From Chloroflexota bacterium (GTDB taxonomy: Bacteria; Chloroflexota; Limnocylindria; Limnocylindrales; CSP1-4), in assembly GCA_003250155.1 (NCBI GenBank), contig QKHE01000059.1, positions 1-51,196 of the forward strand: DNA of 51,196 bases, read 5' to 3'. The notes beneath the pieces were generated by a model. It searched no databases, had not been told where the DNA came from, and worked only from the letters and a program-made list of their open reading frames with translations. Shown here piece after piece: positions 1 through 9,572 of the stretch (the stretch's first letter is position 1; the number at the start of each line of letters is the position of its first letter). A program made the position numbers and the translations under genes.

Positions 1-647
1 GCCGAGAAGAGCGCGCCGAGGGCCAGCGACATCGCCCCGGTGAAGTTCGTCAGCGGCGTCAGCAGTCGCAGCGCGCCGGGGAACAGGTCGGCGACGGGCT
101 GGCTCGTCGCCGGATCGACGGCGTAGCCCGGAGACGCCAGCGGCACGGTTGCCGCGAGGAAGCCCGCGACGAGGCTGGCGGCGAGCATCGCCAGCGTCGC
201 GATCTGCGGCCAGCGCTCGTTCTGGAAGTACGTCTCGACCGCGATCGCCAGCGCGACGAGGCCGGCGACGATGAGATACAGCAGGGCGATCGTGTCCGAA
301 TCGGGGAACCCCGAGCGGCGCTGCGTCAGGACCACGATGATTCCGCCGAACATCACGATCAGGGCGTACGCGTAGCCGAATCGCGTGCGGCCGAGCAGCA
401 CCGCCGTGCCGAGCCCGAGCCAGCCGGCGGTGAGCACGGCGCCGGCGAGATACCAGGTCCGATAGAGGGCCTCGCTCCAGCCGCTCGCGGCGGCGATCGC
501 CTCGCAGCCCGACGCGATGCCGAAGAACGCCATACCCAGCGCCCACACGAGTTGGAACGCGTGTCGTCGCTCACGCCATTGATCCAGCAGCGCGAGCGCC
601 ATCAGCAGGGCCAGCGCCGACGTCAGCGCCGGAAGGAGCACGTCCAT
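1..647 (-). CDS. Polytopic membrane protein, N-terminal part only (gene runs off the left edge). Tandem paralogue of 654..1691.
   Basis: Not in the ORF track because it is truncated. My translation from ATG 647..645 is MDVLLPALTSALALLMALALLDQWRERRHAFQLVWALGM... This is collinear with the neighbour (..FLIDQWRERRRPYQLVWALGM..). The left end encodes ..LRLLTPLTNFTGA.., matching ..LRLLTPLFNVTGA.. in the neighbour. Confidence 0.7.
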   Translation of the reverse strand, partial: MDVLLPALTSALALLMALALLDQWRERRHAFQLVWALGMAFFGIASGCEAIAAASGWSEALYRTWYLAGAVLTAGWLGLGTAVLLGRTRFGYAYALIVMFGGIIVVLTQRRSGFPDSDTIALLYLIVAGLVALAIAVETYFQNERWPQIATLAMLAASLVAGFLAATVPLASPGYAVDPATSQPVADLFPGALRLLTPLTNFTGAMSLALGALFS

Positions 648-653
648 CGCGGC

Positions 654-1691
654 TCAGCCCTCGATCGGGCGTGCGCGCAGCACGATATGCGTGAACGGCA
701 CGCGGATCTCGCGGAAGACCTCCACCGAGACGAGGAAGCCGGTGAACAGCAGCACCACGCCGAGGAACTCGCCGATGAAGAACCCGCCGGTGATCCCGAA
801 CCGGTTCAGGCCGCTGGTGATCGCGGGGATGATCCCGCCGATCGCGATCAGGATCGTCGCCGGGACCCGGCTGTTGAGGCGGCCGCGGAGGAGGGCCGTG
901 ATTGCGCCGGGCAGCGAGGCCACGAGATTCACCGGGAAGCCGATCACCGCCCGGGCGACGTTCACGATGTACGAACCGATCGGCTGGCGGCTGAGGTCGT
1001 AGCGGATGACGCGCCGCTTCGGCATGAACACGTAGGCCGAGAACAGCGCCCCGAAGCTCAGGGCCACGGCGCCGGTGACGTTGAACAGCGGCGTCAGCAG
1101 GCGGAGATAGCCGGGGAAGAGGGCGCCCGTCGGGATGCCGGTGCCGGGATCGACGACCCAGCCCGGGGCCGGCAGCGGCACCACGGCGGCCATGGCGGCC
1201 GAGACGATCGTCCCGGCGACCACGGCGACGGCCACGACCAGGGCCCAGCGCTCGTCTCGGCGGAACGACAGGACGGCGACCACCAGGGCCAGCAGCAACG
1301 AGATCACCGCGTAGATCGGCGAGGCGATGCCGGTGTCCGGATACGCTCGCGCGCCGCCCAGCGAGATGAGTGCCAGCAGCAGGAATGCCGGCACGAGCGC
1401 CAGCCCGAAGCGCGTCTTCGCCAGGAGCAGGATCGTGCCCAGGCCGAGCCAGGCGGCGACCCAGATCGCGCCGATCAGGTACCAGCTGCGGTACAGCGGC
1501 TCGCTCCAGCCGATCGCCCCACCGAGGAACTCGGTGCCCGCGGAGAGGGCATACCACAGCATCCCCAGCGCCCAGACGAGCTGATACGGCCGCCGGCGCT
1601 CCCGCCATTGATCGATCAGGAAGATGAAGAACACGAACGACAAGAGCGAGGAGCCGAGTGGCAGGACGACGTTGAGATCCACGAGGGTCAC
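654..1691 (-). CDS. Polytopic integral membrane protein (about 10 hydrophobic helices), family not recognised
   Basis: 345-aa ORF with regular hydrophobic segments and strong GC3 bias. Its stop lies 6 nt before the start of the downstream paralogue. It shares a 4-nt ATGA overlap with the upstream regulator gene. Confidence 0.8.
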   Translation of the reverse strand: MTLVDLNVVLPLGSSLLSFVFFIFLIDQWRERRRPYQLVWALGMLWYALSAGTEFLGGAIGWSEPLYRSWYLIGAIWVAAWLGLGTILLLAKTRFGLALVPAFLLLALISLGGARAYPDTGIASPIYAVISLLLALVVAVLSFRRDERWALVVAVAVVAGTIVSAAMAAVVPLPAPGWVVDPGTGIPTGALFPGYLRLLTPLFNVTGAVALSFGALFSAYVFMPKRRVIRYDLSRQPIGSYIVNVARAVIGFPVNLVASLPGAITALLRGRLNSRVPATILIAIGGIIPAITSGLNRFGITGGFFIGEFLGVVLLFTGFLVSVEVFREIRVPFTHIVLRARPIEG

Positions 1692-2344
1692 CTCCGGGCG
1701 CTGAAGCTGCTGACGAGGATGAGCAGGAGCCGATCGAGGAGGGCGACCGCGTCGTCATAGACGGCGGTCACCGCGGCGGCGTCGAGGACGCCACGCCGCC
1801 CGAGGGCGGCGAGGGAATCGAGGAACGGGCGACGGGCGGCGATGAACGTCGCCACCGCGTCGCTGACCGGGGTGCCGGCGGCGGCAAGTCGATCGCCGGT
1901 GGCGGCCACGACCACCGCCGCCTGGCGCTCGAAACGGGCGCGCGTGGCCGGGCCGGCGGCATCGAGATAGCCGAGCAGCGCGGTGACGAGGCGGCGGCCC
2001 TCGTCGCGGAACACCTCTCGGTCCGCATCGCCCATGGCGGCACCGAGTCGCGAACGCGGCTCGGCAGGCGTTCGGTAGGCCCGCGCATAGGCACGGACCA
2101 AGCGCTCGGGCGTCGCGCCGAGCTCGGCCAGCGATCGACGCCGTGGTCGCCCTCGCTGGACGAACTGCTCGAGGTCTCGTCGCTCGAAGCGACGGTGTCC
2201 GCCGGGCGTGGCGAAGGACCGGATGCGGCCGTTGTCGGCCCAGCGTCGGAGCGTGTCCGGGTCGACGCCCAGCATCGAGCTCGCCGGCCCGAGCGACAGC
2301 CACGTGCCGCGGCTGCGCCCATCAGTCAGCGCCGACTGAGCCAT
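1688..2344 (-). CDS. HTH transcriptional regulator with a MerR/excisionase-type N-terminal domain and a helical C-terminal domain
   Basis: Motif LGVDPDTLRRWADNGRIRSFATPGGHRRFERRDLEQF. I prefer ATG 2344 (GGAGGA 10 nt upstream) to the track start GTG 2362. Confidence 0.75.
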   Translation of the reverse strand: MAQSALTDGRSRGTWLSLGPASSMLGVDPDTLRRWADNGRIRSFATPGGHRRFERRDLEQFVQRGRPRRRSLAELGATPERLVRAYARAYRTPAEPRSRLGAAMGDADREVFRDEGRRLVTALLGYLDAAGPATRARFERQAAVVVAATGDRLAAAGTPVSDAVATFIAARRPFLDSLAALGRRGVLDAAAVTAVYDDAVALLDRLLLILVSSFSARR

Positions 2345-2385
2345 GGCTGGTCGGTCCTCCACTGCGTTCCGGTCCGCGCGGCCGA

Positions 2386-2402
2386 ATTCTAGGTAAACCT
2401 AG
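2386..2402 (-). promoter_or_regulatory. Candidate -10 element (TAGAAT on the minus strand) overlapped by the palindrome CTAGGT-aa-ACCTAG
   Basis: AT-rich 14-nt inverted repeat at 2389..2402 in GC-rich surroundings, about 45 nt upstream of the HTH regulator start. Minus-strand TAGAAT lies at 2391..2386. Confidence 0.3.
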
Positions 2403-2532
2403 GTAGCGGCCGGGAACGACGTCGCGCGGCAGAATACGAGCGCCGCAGTCGACCGTCAAACCGCCGTCCGGCCCGTTCTCGGCAGGCCGTTTGGCCGCCC
2501 GCCGTTGGCGGCTGCGTCAGGCCGGGATCAGG

Positions 2533-2904
2533 TCAGGCCGGGATGAGCTCGTGATCGTCGCGGTGGACGCCGTCACACAACCCATGGCGCGGCGCCGTGC
2601 CCTCCGGACCCGGAACCGGAATCGGTCGCATGACCTCCCGGACCTGGCTCTTGCGGCAGAACAGGTAGCCCCGCTCGCGCATCCAGCGTCGGACATGCTC
2701 GGGGTTCGGGTGGAACTCGAAGGGTCCCGGGTTGATCGGCGGCCGGGCGGCCCACGAGACCGGCGTCTCGGCAGCGACGACATCGAGCACGTTCATCCGC
2801 CAGGGCGTCCCGTCGATGACCTCCAGGCAGCCGTCGCAGCGGACGGCGACGGTGTCCTTGACGATCGTCGGAATCCGGACGCCGAGGTACTCGAGCGGGC
2901 TCAC
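2533..2904 (-). CDS. Hypothetical protein (123 aa), no recognisable family
   Basis: ORF with strong GC3 bias and ordinary amino-acid composition (MSPLEYLGVRIPTIVKDTVAVRCDGCLEVIDG...). Confidence 0.5.
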   Translation of the reverse strand: MSPLEYLGVRIPTIVKDTVAVRCDGCLEVIDGTPWRMNVLDVVAAETPVSWAARPPINPGPFEFHPNPEHVRRWMRERGYLFCRKSQVREVMRPIPVPGPEGTAPRHGLCDGVHRDDHELIPA

Positions 2905-2964
2905 GACCGGATGGTAGCAAGCGAGACCGGCGACAACCCCCTGCTACACTCCAGCGGCCCGCGC

Positions 2965-3041
2965 GCCCCCATCGTCTAGAGGCCCAGGACGCCACCCTTT
3001 CAAGGTGGAGATCAGGGGTTCGAATCCCCTTGGGGGCACCA
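2965..3041 (+). tRNA. tRNA-Glu (anticodon UUC) with encoded CCA
   Basis: Acceptor stem GCCCCCA/TGGGGGC. Anticodon stem CCACC/GGTGG with loop CTTTCAA. T-arm AGGGG-TTCGAAT-CCCCT. Discriminator A followed by CCA. Confidence 0.95.
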
Positions 3042-3050
3042 CCGCCCGGG

Positions 3051-3410
3051 TCAGCTGCCCCACAGCAGCACGAGGATCATGGTCGCCGCGAGCGACCCGA
3101 TGGCCGCGATCCCGGCCAGCCCGCCGACGAGCGCGAAGGCCATCGCCCTGCCGGACTGTGCCGCCGATGCGGCGCGCCACATCGCGCGCAGGCTCACCAG
3201 GGCCCACAGGGCGAAGCCGACCGTCATGGCCCCCGATCCGGCCTCGAGCAGGGTGACCTGGCCCTCGTCCTTCACCGCTGCGATGGCGTACAGCATCAGC
3301 AGCGGTGCGCCCACGATCAGGACGGCAATCAGGACGCTGACAGGCGTGATCGGAACACGTCCGAGGCGCAGACGACGGCGACGCGAGGCGCTCGCAGGCG
3401 GCGGTGTCAC
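3051..3410 (-). CDS. Small membrane protein (about 119 aa, 3 hydrophobic helices)
   Basis: Only the C-terminal two-thirds of track ORF 3051..3608 looks protein-like (..PVSVLIAVLIVGAPLLMLYAIAAV..LAGIAAIGSLAATMILVLLWGS). GTG at 3410..3408 overlaps the stop of the upstream gene as GTGA. The start is uncertain. Confidence 0.5.
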   Translation of the reverse strand: MTPPPASASRRRRLRLGRVPITPVSVLIAVLIVGAPLLMLYAIAAVKDEGQVTLLEAGSGAMTVGFALWALVSLRAMWRAASAAQSGRAMAFALVGGLAGIAAIGSLAATMILVLLWGS

Positions 3411-4009
3411 GACCGTGACCGGTGATAGATCGCGACGTTGTAGGACAGCCTCGGGCGGGTCAGGCCCTCGGCGAGGCGCGCGCCCGCGACACCGTAGGCG
3501 TCCCCCAGGAAAGCGGCCGTTTCGGCCAGCGACTCGAACTCCAGCCAGCAGTGCACGACCCGGACCTTGAAGCCACCCGACAGGAACGGGCCCGACCGCT
3601 GGCTCCACTCGCCGTACTCGGGGCGTTCGCCGCGAAGGCCGGCCAGGTCGTCGCGGCCGTAGTCATGCACGACGAGCAGGCGGCCCTCCGGCCGCAGCGC
3701 CCGATCGACCTCGGCGGCGTCGGCCGGATCGACGCCGCGGAATGCCGACCACAGCCCGACGACGGCGTCGCTCGAGCCCTCGGCGACCGGAAGCCGGAGC
3801 GGCGCGCTCAGCGGTGCGTCCGTCAAGCGGGCGCCGAATGCGACGAGGGCGCGGGTGACGGGCCCGTCGCCGCCGTCGACGACCACGACGTCGCGGCCGC
3901 CCACCGGGCCGAGCGCCTCGAGGCCGCGGACGAGCTTGCCGGCGCGGTCGAAGGCCGCCAGAAAGGCCGGCACGGCGGGCTCGGGGAGATCGAGCGGCAG
4001 GGCGCACAC
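3407..4009 (-). CDS. Class I SAM-dependent methyltransferase-like protein
   Basis: Motif-I-like DVVVVDGGDG and motif RPEGRLLVVHDYG. 200 aa. Confidence 0.6.
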   Translation of the reverse strand: MCALPLDLPEPAVPAFLAAFDRAGKLVRGLEALGPVGGRDVVVVDGGDGPVTRALVAFGARLTDAPLSAPLRLPVAEGSSDAVVGLWSAFRGVDPADAAEVDRALRPEGRLLVVHDYGRDDLAGLRGERPEYGEWSQRSGPFLSGGFKVRVVHCWLEFESLAETAAFLGDAYGVAGARLAEGLTRPRLSYNVAIYHRSRS

Positions 4010-4057
4010 GGCGGCGAGTATAGGGTTGACGACCGCCGATCCCCGCTTCGGAGGCCC

Positions 4058-5656
4058 TCAGCGAACCCGCGCCACGAACCCGGTCCGGGCCGGTACCGTC
4101 AGCTCCAGCCGGCCGTCCACGACCGTCGCGCCGGCGGCGGGTGACCCGGCGCTCGCGGCGTCTGATCCGGCGCCGGCGACGTGCACGATCTCGAGCGCAT
4201 CGCGGTCGGGCGGGACCGCACCCGGGTCCAGCACGAGCCGGCCCGTCGTCGTGCCGGCATTGAGCGCCACGACCAGCGTCCCGCCGGCCTGGCCGCCGTC
4301 GCCGGCGAGGTCGCCGCGGAGCAGGGCGATGCCCCGGCCCTCCGCGGCGCCGACGGCGAGGCCGTCGCTCCGCAGCGCCGGCTCGCGGCGGCGGAGCGCA
4401 AAGAGCTCCCGGGTGGCGGACAGGAGGCCGTGGTCCCAACGCGCCTCGTCCCACGGGAACGCCCGCCGGTTGTCCGGGTCGTGGCCGCCGGTCATGCCGA
4501 CCTCGTCGCCGTAGTACACGCACGGGGCGCCGGGCAGCGACGCCTGGAGCAGCGTCGCCAGCTCCAGCGCGACGCGATCGCCGCCGAGCATCGACAGGAC
4601 CCGCGGCGTGTCGTGGCTGGCCAGGAGGTTCAGCTGGGCAGCGTTCGTCTCGGGCGCGTAGGCGCCGAGGATCTCCCCGAGCGCCGCGCCGAAGCCCGCC
4701 CCATCGAGCGTCTGGATCTGGCCGTACTCGTGGTGCTTCCGGATGAGCCGCCAGTTCATGGCCTCGCCGCCCACGAACCCCAGGATCGCCTTGGCCAGCG
4801 GGTAGTTCATGAGCCCGTCGAAGCGGTCACCCTCGAGCCAGTCCGGGGCGAGGTACCAGATCTCGCCGACGAGGTAGGCCTCGGGGTTCACCGCCCGGCA
4901 GCGATCGCGGAACTCGGCCCAGAAGGACCGGTCGTCGATCTCGGCCGGCACGTCGAGCCGCCAGCCATCGACGCCGAAGCGCAGCCAGTGCTCCGCCACG
5001 CTCATCAGGTACTCGCGCACCGCCGCGTCGCCGACGTTCAGCTTCGGCAGGGCCGGCATGCCCCACCAGCCCTGGAAGCCGAGCCTGGCGACCGAGTCAC
5101 CCTCGGGGCCTTCGACCTCGCCCGGATGCGGCTGATCGCTGGCCACGCCGAGGCGCTGGTGGGCCGCCGGGTAGGCATCGATCGGCAGGCCGCGATCCAG
5201 GGCGTCCTGGTCGAGGTGGAACCAGTGCCGGTACGGCGAGCCGGCCCCCGTCTCCAGGACGTGGTGGAACGGCCAGAAGCCGCGGCCGGTGTGGTTGAAG
5301 ACGCCGTCGAGGATGACCCGGATGTCGCGCTCGTGGGCCCGCTCGAGGAGCTCCCGCAGGGCCTCGCCGCCACCCAGCAGCGGGTCGACGGCCAGGTAGT
5401 CATAGGTGTGATAGCGGTGGTTCGAGGCGGACTCGAAGACCGGCGTCAGGTAGATCGCGTTGACGCCCAGGGACGTGATGTGGTCGAGGTGCTCTGCCAC
5501 GCCGCGCAGGTCCCCGCCCTTGAACCCGTACAGCGTTGGCGGCGCATCCCACGGCTCGAGCGGTCCCGGCTTGGCCACCCGCTCGCTGGACGCAAAGCGG
5601 TCGGGGAAGATCTGGTAGAAGACGGCGTCTCGGACCCAGGCGGGCGTCTCCGGCAT
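4058..5656 (-). CDS. Cytoplasmic GH13 alpha-amylase-family glycosidase (maltodextrin glucosidase / neopullulanase-like)
   Basis: GH13 regions I-IV are present: DGVFNHTG, GWRLDVPAE, GEIWY, LASHDTPR. Begins AVFYQIFPDRF. I trim the track ORF to ATG 5656 (MPETPAWVRDAVFYQIF). Confidence 0.9.
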   Translation of the reverse strand: MPETPAWVRDAVFYQIFPDRFASSERVAKPGPLEPWDAPPTLYGFKGGDLRGVAEHLDHITSLGVNAIYLTPVFESASNHRYHTYDYLAVDPLLGGGEALRELLERAHERDIRVILDGVFNHTGRGFWPFHHVLETGAGSPYRHWFHLDQDALDRGLPIDAYPAAHQRLGVASDQPHPGEVEGPEGDSVARLGFQGWWGMPALPKLNVGDAAVREYLMSVAEHWLRFGVDGWRLDVPAEIDDRSFWAEFRDRCRAVNPEAYLVGEIWYLAPDWLEGDRFDGLMNYPLAKAILGFVGGEAMNWRLIRKHHEYGQIQTLDGAGFGAALGEILGAYAPETNAAQLNLLASHDTPRVLSMLGGDRVALELATLLQASLPGAPCVYYGDEVGMTGGHDPDNRRAFPWDEARWDHGLLSATRELFALRRREPALRSDGLAVGAAEGRGIALLRGDLAGDGGQAGGTLVVALNAGTTTGRLVLDPGAVPPDRDALEIVHVAGAGSDAASAGSPAAGATVVDGRLELTVPARTGFVARVR

Positions 5657-5742
5657 GCGGCCTCCGTGCGTGCGTCCGTGCGCCCCCGCGGCGCGAATCG
5701 TCGGGGCCGGAGCCGTCCGGTCCCGATGCCATACTGGCTGCG

Positions 5743-7446
5743 ATGACGATCCTCGCACGACGGGCGCCCGTTCGCTCGCCGGGTCCGGTCGCGCGACTCG
5801 CGATCTCAGCCGTCCTCGTCCTTGGCTGCAACGCCACGGCCACGCCTCCGGTCGCGACGCCGCCGCCGGCGACGCCGACGCCGGCGACCACCGAAGCTGC
5901 CGGCCCGGCGTGCGTCTCGCTCGAGCCGTCGACGAAGCAGGGGCGGTGGGGCGAGCGCATCTTCTACGAGGTCTTCGTGCGCTCCTTCGCCGACTCCGAT
6001 GGCGATGGCGTCGGCGACCTGGCCGGCCTCGCGGCCCACCTCGACTACCTCGACGAGCTCGGGGTCGGCGGGATCTGGCTCATGCCGATCGCCGAGGCAG
6101 CGTCGTACCACGGCTATGACGTCACCGACTACACGGCCGTCGAGGCGGACTACGGCAGCGAGGCGGATTTCGAGGCGCTCGTCGAGGCCGCCCACCAGCG
6201 CGACATCGCGGTCGTCGTCGACTTCGTTCCGAACCACTCCTCGATCGATCACCCGTGGTTCCAGGACGCCCTCGCCGGCGGCGAGCACCGCGATTGGTAT
6301 GTCTGGTCGGACGCCGACCCGCACTGGCCGGCGGTCGCCGGCCCGGACCCGTGGCATCAAACCGCGGCCGGCGACTCCTACTACGGCGCCTTCTGGGAGG
6401 GCATGCCGGACCTCAACCTGAGGAATCCCGATGTCACGGCCGCGCTCGAGGAGGCGGCGGCGACCTGGCTGGCGCGCGGCGTCGATGGCTTCCGCATCGA
6501 TGCGGCCAAGCACCTGATCGAGGATGACGCGGAGCACCAGGTCAACACCCAGGCGACGAGGGACTGGCTGGCGGCCTTCACCGAGTCGGTCCATGCCGCC
6601 AACCCGGCGGCGCTGGTCCTGGGCGAGGTGTGGGACGCTCGCGGCGTGTCCGCCTCGTACGTCACCGACGGCTCGCTGGACATGGCCTTCGATTTCCTCG
6701 TCGGGCCGGCGATCCTCAGCGGCGTCTACAACGGCGCGAGCACCCTGCTGTCGTCGGAGGAGGAGGTGGCGACCCGCTACGCGCCCGGCCTCGCCGCGAC
6801 CTTCCTGTCGAACCACGACCAACCGCGGGCGATGACCCAGCTCCGCGGTGACCTCGCGGCCGCCCGCCAGGCGGCCGAGTCGCTGCTCACCGGGCCGGGC
6901 CTGCCGTTCCTGTACTACGGCGAGGAGCTCGGCCTCACCGGCGCGAAGCCCGACGAGCGGATCCGGACGCCGTTCCCGTGGACGTCGGCGGGTCCCGGTT
7001 TTGGGTTCAGCGACGCGACGCCGTGGGAGCCATTCGAGGACGGGGTCGCGGCCATCAGCGTCGAGGCGCAGGACGCCGCGGCAGGCTCGCTGCTGGCGAC
7101 GTACCGCAGCGTCGCGGATCTCCGGAATGCGCATCCGGCGCTGTCGATCGGCAGTTTCGAGCGCGTCCGCTCGAGCGCGGGCCAGGTCGCGGCGAGCGTC
7201 CGCGCGATCGGCGACGAGCGCCTCCTCGTCGTCCAGAACCTGTCGTCCGAGCCGGTCGGCGACGCCGAGCTGTCGCTCGAGAGCGGCTCGTTGTGCGGGC
7301 GCCCGGCTGCGTCCCTGCTGTACCCGTCATCGAGCGCAGCGGCGATCGGCAGCCCGACGATCACGGCCGGCGGTGGGTTCGACGGCTACGTGCCGCTCGC
7401 GGAGCTCCCGCCGCGGGCGACCCTGGTGATCGACCTCAGCCCCTGA
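5743..7446 (+). CDS. Secreted GH13 alpha-amylase-family lipoprotein
   Basis: Signal peptide with lipobox LVLGC. GH13 regions VDFVPNHSS, GFRIDAAKH, GEVWD, LSNHDQPR. Start trimmed to ATG 5743 (MTILARRAPV...). Divergent from 4058..5656. Confidence 0.9.
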   Translation: MTILARRAPVRSPGPVARLAISAVLVLGCNATATPPVATPPPATPTPATTEAAGPACVSLEPSTKQGRWGERIFYEVFVRSFADSDGDGVGDLAGLAAHLDYLDELGVGGIWLMPIAEAASYHGYDVTDYTAVEADYGSEADFEALVEAAHQRDIAVVVDFVPNHSSIDHPWFQDALAGGEHRDWYVWSDADPHWPAVAGPDPWHQTAAGDSYYGAFWEGMPDLNLRNPDVTAALEEAAATWLARGVDGFRIDAAKHLIEDDAEHQVNTQATRDWLAAFTESVHAANPAALVLGEVWDARGVSASYVTDGSLDMAFDFLVGPAILSGVYNGASTLLSSEEEVATRYAPGLAATFLSNHDQPRAMTQLRGDLAAARQAAESLLTGPGLPFLYYGEELGLTGAKPDERIRTPFPWTSAGPGFGFSDATPWEPFEDGVAAISVEAQDAAAGSLLATYRSVADLRNAHPALSIGSFERVRSSAGQVAASVRAIGDERLLVVQNLSSEPVGDAELSLESGSLCGRPAASLLYPSSSAAAIGSPTITAGGGFDGYVPLAELPPRATLVIDLSP

Positions 7447-7452
7447 TCGGCG

Positions 7453-8406
7453 TCAGCCCTTCACGGCTCCGATGGCCAGGCCCGACGTGATCCAGCGCTG
7501 GGCCAGGAAGTAGACGATCGCGGGCGGCAGCGCGAAGAGGATCGCGAACGCCGAGAACTGGGCCCACGGGGTCTGCGCGAACTGGCCGGTCATCGAGTAC
7601 AGCGCCAGCGCCAGCGTGTGGTTCGGGACCGAGCCGCTGAGGAACGTCGAGGTGAAGTAGAACTCAGTCCAGCCGGCGATGAAGCCGAGGAAGCCCGTCA
7701 CCGCGAGAGCCGGCACCGAGAGCGGCAGGATGATCCGCAGGAACGTCTGGTGCAGCCCGGCGCCGTCGACCCAGGCGGCCTCCTCGAGGTCGCGGGGGAT
7801 CGTGTCGAGATAGCCCTTCAGGTTCCAGATCGCGAACGGCAGCAGACCCGAGACGATCGCCAGGCCGAGGCCGAGGAGGGACTGGCGAAGGTTGAACTCG
7901 CCGAGCAGCGGCAGCTCAACCCGGATGGAGTTGAGCAGCACGAACAGCGGGGCGAGGGTGGCGACGGCTGGCAGCATCAGGACCGCCAGGATCATGAGCA
8001 TCAGGACTTCGCGGCCCCGGAACCGAAGGCGCGAGAAGGCGTAGGCCGCGAAGACACCGATCAGGACCGACACGATCGAGGTGCTGAGCGCGACCTTGAG
8101 GCTGTTGGCCGTCAACTCGACGAACGAGATCGGATTGGCGGTCGGGCTCTCGAGGACCTTGAAGTAGGCATCGAAGGTTGCCCCGGGCGGAATGATGTCG
8201 AGGCCCTGCGGGCGCGACAGGTTGAGCGGGTTCAGCGAGACGCTGAAGACCCACACGATCGGGAATAGCACCGTGAACAGCACGAACACGCACAGCGCCT
8301 GCAGCGCCGCCTGGCGCAGCAGCCCGGGGCCGCGGCGCGAGCTGCGCAGCGAGAGCCCGGACAGCCGCTTGGCGATGAAGGAACGCTCCTCGGCGACGGC
8401 GGTCAT
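7453..8406 (-). CDS. Carbohydrate ABC transporter permease (MalG-like)
   Basis: Six-helix permease with an EAA-type loop (LEEAAWVDGAGLHQTFLRIILP). Confidence 0.9.
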   Translation of the reverse strand: MTAVAEERSFIAKRLSGLSLRSSRRGPGLLRQAALQALCVFVLFTVLFPIVWVFSVSLNPLNLSRPQGLDIIPPGATFDAYFKVLESPTANPISFVELTANSLKVALSTSIVSVLIGVFAAYAFSRLRFRGREVLMLMILAVLMLPAVATLAPLFVLLNSIRVELPLLGEFNLRQSLLGLGLAIVSGLLPFAIWNLKGYLDTIPRDLEEAAWVDGAGLHQTFLRIILPLSVPALAVTGFLGFIAGWTEFYFTSTFLSGSVPNHTLALALYSMTGQFAQTPWAQFSAFAILFALPPAIVYFLAQRWITSGLAIGAVKG

Positions 8407-8416
8407 CGTCGGGGTC

Positions 8417-9460
8417 TCACAGGCTGTACGTCTGGGTCGCCTTCGCCATCCGGTTGGTGACGAGGGTGATCGCCAGGAGGATGAAGAACATGATCACCGA
8501 GAAGGCGGCGCCGATGCCGTAGAAGTGGAGGTTGTTCACCAGCGTGTAGGCCTGCGTCACGAGCATCTCGGTCCTGCCGTTCGGTCCGCCGCCGCTCATG
8601 AAGAACGCCAGGTGGAACAGGTTGAAGGTGATGACGAAGCCGTAGATCGCGTACGGCACCATCGCCGGTCTGAGGTACGCGAGCGTCACGTTCCGGAATT
8701 TCTGCCAGTTGCTCGCGCCGTCGATCTCGGCGGCCTCGTACAGCTCGTGGGGGATGCTCTGCAGCGCCCCGGTCGCAACGACCGAGTTGAGCGGCCAGCC
8801 GAGCCATGTGTTCGTCACGAGCATCGCGTAGAACGCCAGCGGCAGGGCCAGGTCCGGCCCGCCCTCGACGTTCGGCAGCAGCCACGGCAGCGGCGGCGCG
8901 ATCTGGCGCAGCCAGTCGATCTGGAAGGTCTCCGGCGGGAGGCCGAGCCACTTGCCGCCGGTGGCCAGCAACAGGTTCACGGCGCCGGCGTTCTTGTCGA
9001 ACATGTTGGCCCAGACCGTCGCCACGATGATCGGCGGGATGACCACCGGGAGGATGTACAGGGCCCGGTAGAAGCGCCGGAACCACAGGCCCTTGGAGTT
9101 CAGCAGGACCGCGATGCCGACGCCGATGACGAGGTGGATCGCGACGTTCGAGAGCGCCCACCAGAGGTTGTAGATGATGAGCCGCAGGAAGTCGAAGTTC
9201 GGGATTGCCAGCGCGCTCGAGAGAATCCGCTCGTAGTTGTCCAGGCCGACAAAGTCTGGAACGAGGCCCAGTCGCTGGTTCAGGTGCTGGAGCTCCGTGT
9301 TCGTGAAGCTCATCCAGACCTGGTACAGCAGTGGGTAGATCGTGATCAGGCCCATCACCGCGAAGGCCGGCACGAGGTAGAGGTAGGCCGAGCGCTGCGT
9401 TCGCTGCTGGCCGGCGCCACCGGATCGGCGGCCGCTGAAGCGGGCGGTGATCGCTGCCAT
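8417..9460 (-). CDS. Carbohydrate ABC transporter permease (MalF-like)
   Basis: Permease with EAA loop (LYEAAEIDGASNWQKFRNVTL). Adjacent to the MalG-like gene. Confidence 0.9.
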   Translation of the reverse strand: MAAITARFSGRRSGGAGQQRTQRSAYLYLVPAFAVMGLITIYPLLYQVWMSFTNTELQHLNQRLGLVPDFVGLDNYERILSSALAIPNFDFLRLIIYNLWWALSNVAIHLVIGVGIAVLLNSKGLWFRRFYRALYILPVVIPPIIVATVWANMFDKNAGAVNLLLATGGKWLGLPPETFQIDWLRQIAPPLPWLLPNVEGGPDLALPLAFYAMLVTNTWLGWPLNSVVATGALQSIPHELYEAAEIDGASNWQKFRNVTLAYLRPAMVPYAIYGFVITFNLFHLAFFMSGGGPNGRTEMLVTQAYTLVNNLHFYGIGAAFSVIMFFILLAITLVTNRMAKATQTYSL

Positions 9461-9572
9461 CGATTCCCCGTCTCCTCACCCGACGGCGCCGGGCGCCCCG
9501 AGTGTACAAGCGCGGATCTTGCGGGAGCGGACCGCCGCAGCGGCCCGCTCCCGATTCAGCGTCGCGGTGCGA

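Noticed and set aside
2516-2544. A 13-nt direct repeat (GTCAGGCCGGGAT, two copies with a 16-nt period) at the 3' end of the 123-aa ORF, about 420 nt from tRNA-Glu. I considered it as an att-like scar of an integrated element.
   Set aside because: The copies are adjacent rather than flanking anything. There is no integrase or recombinase and no compositional shift nearby. It is most likely a slippage duplication.
4058-5758. N-terminal extensions of track ORFs: 4058..5758, 5536..7446, 9573..11018, 14451..15596, 14840..16819, 16525..17661, 23042..25111, 26707..27471, 44427..45101 and 44977..45774.
   Set aside because: The extensions are Arg/Pro-rich, overlap neighbouring genes, and precede an internal start that has a Shine-Dalgarno sequence and the family-typical N-terminus. 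I trimmed all of them.
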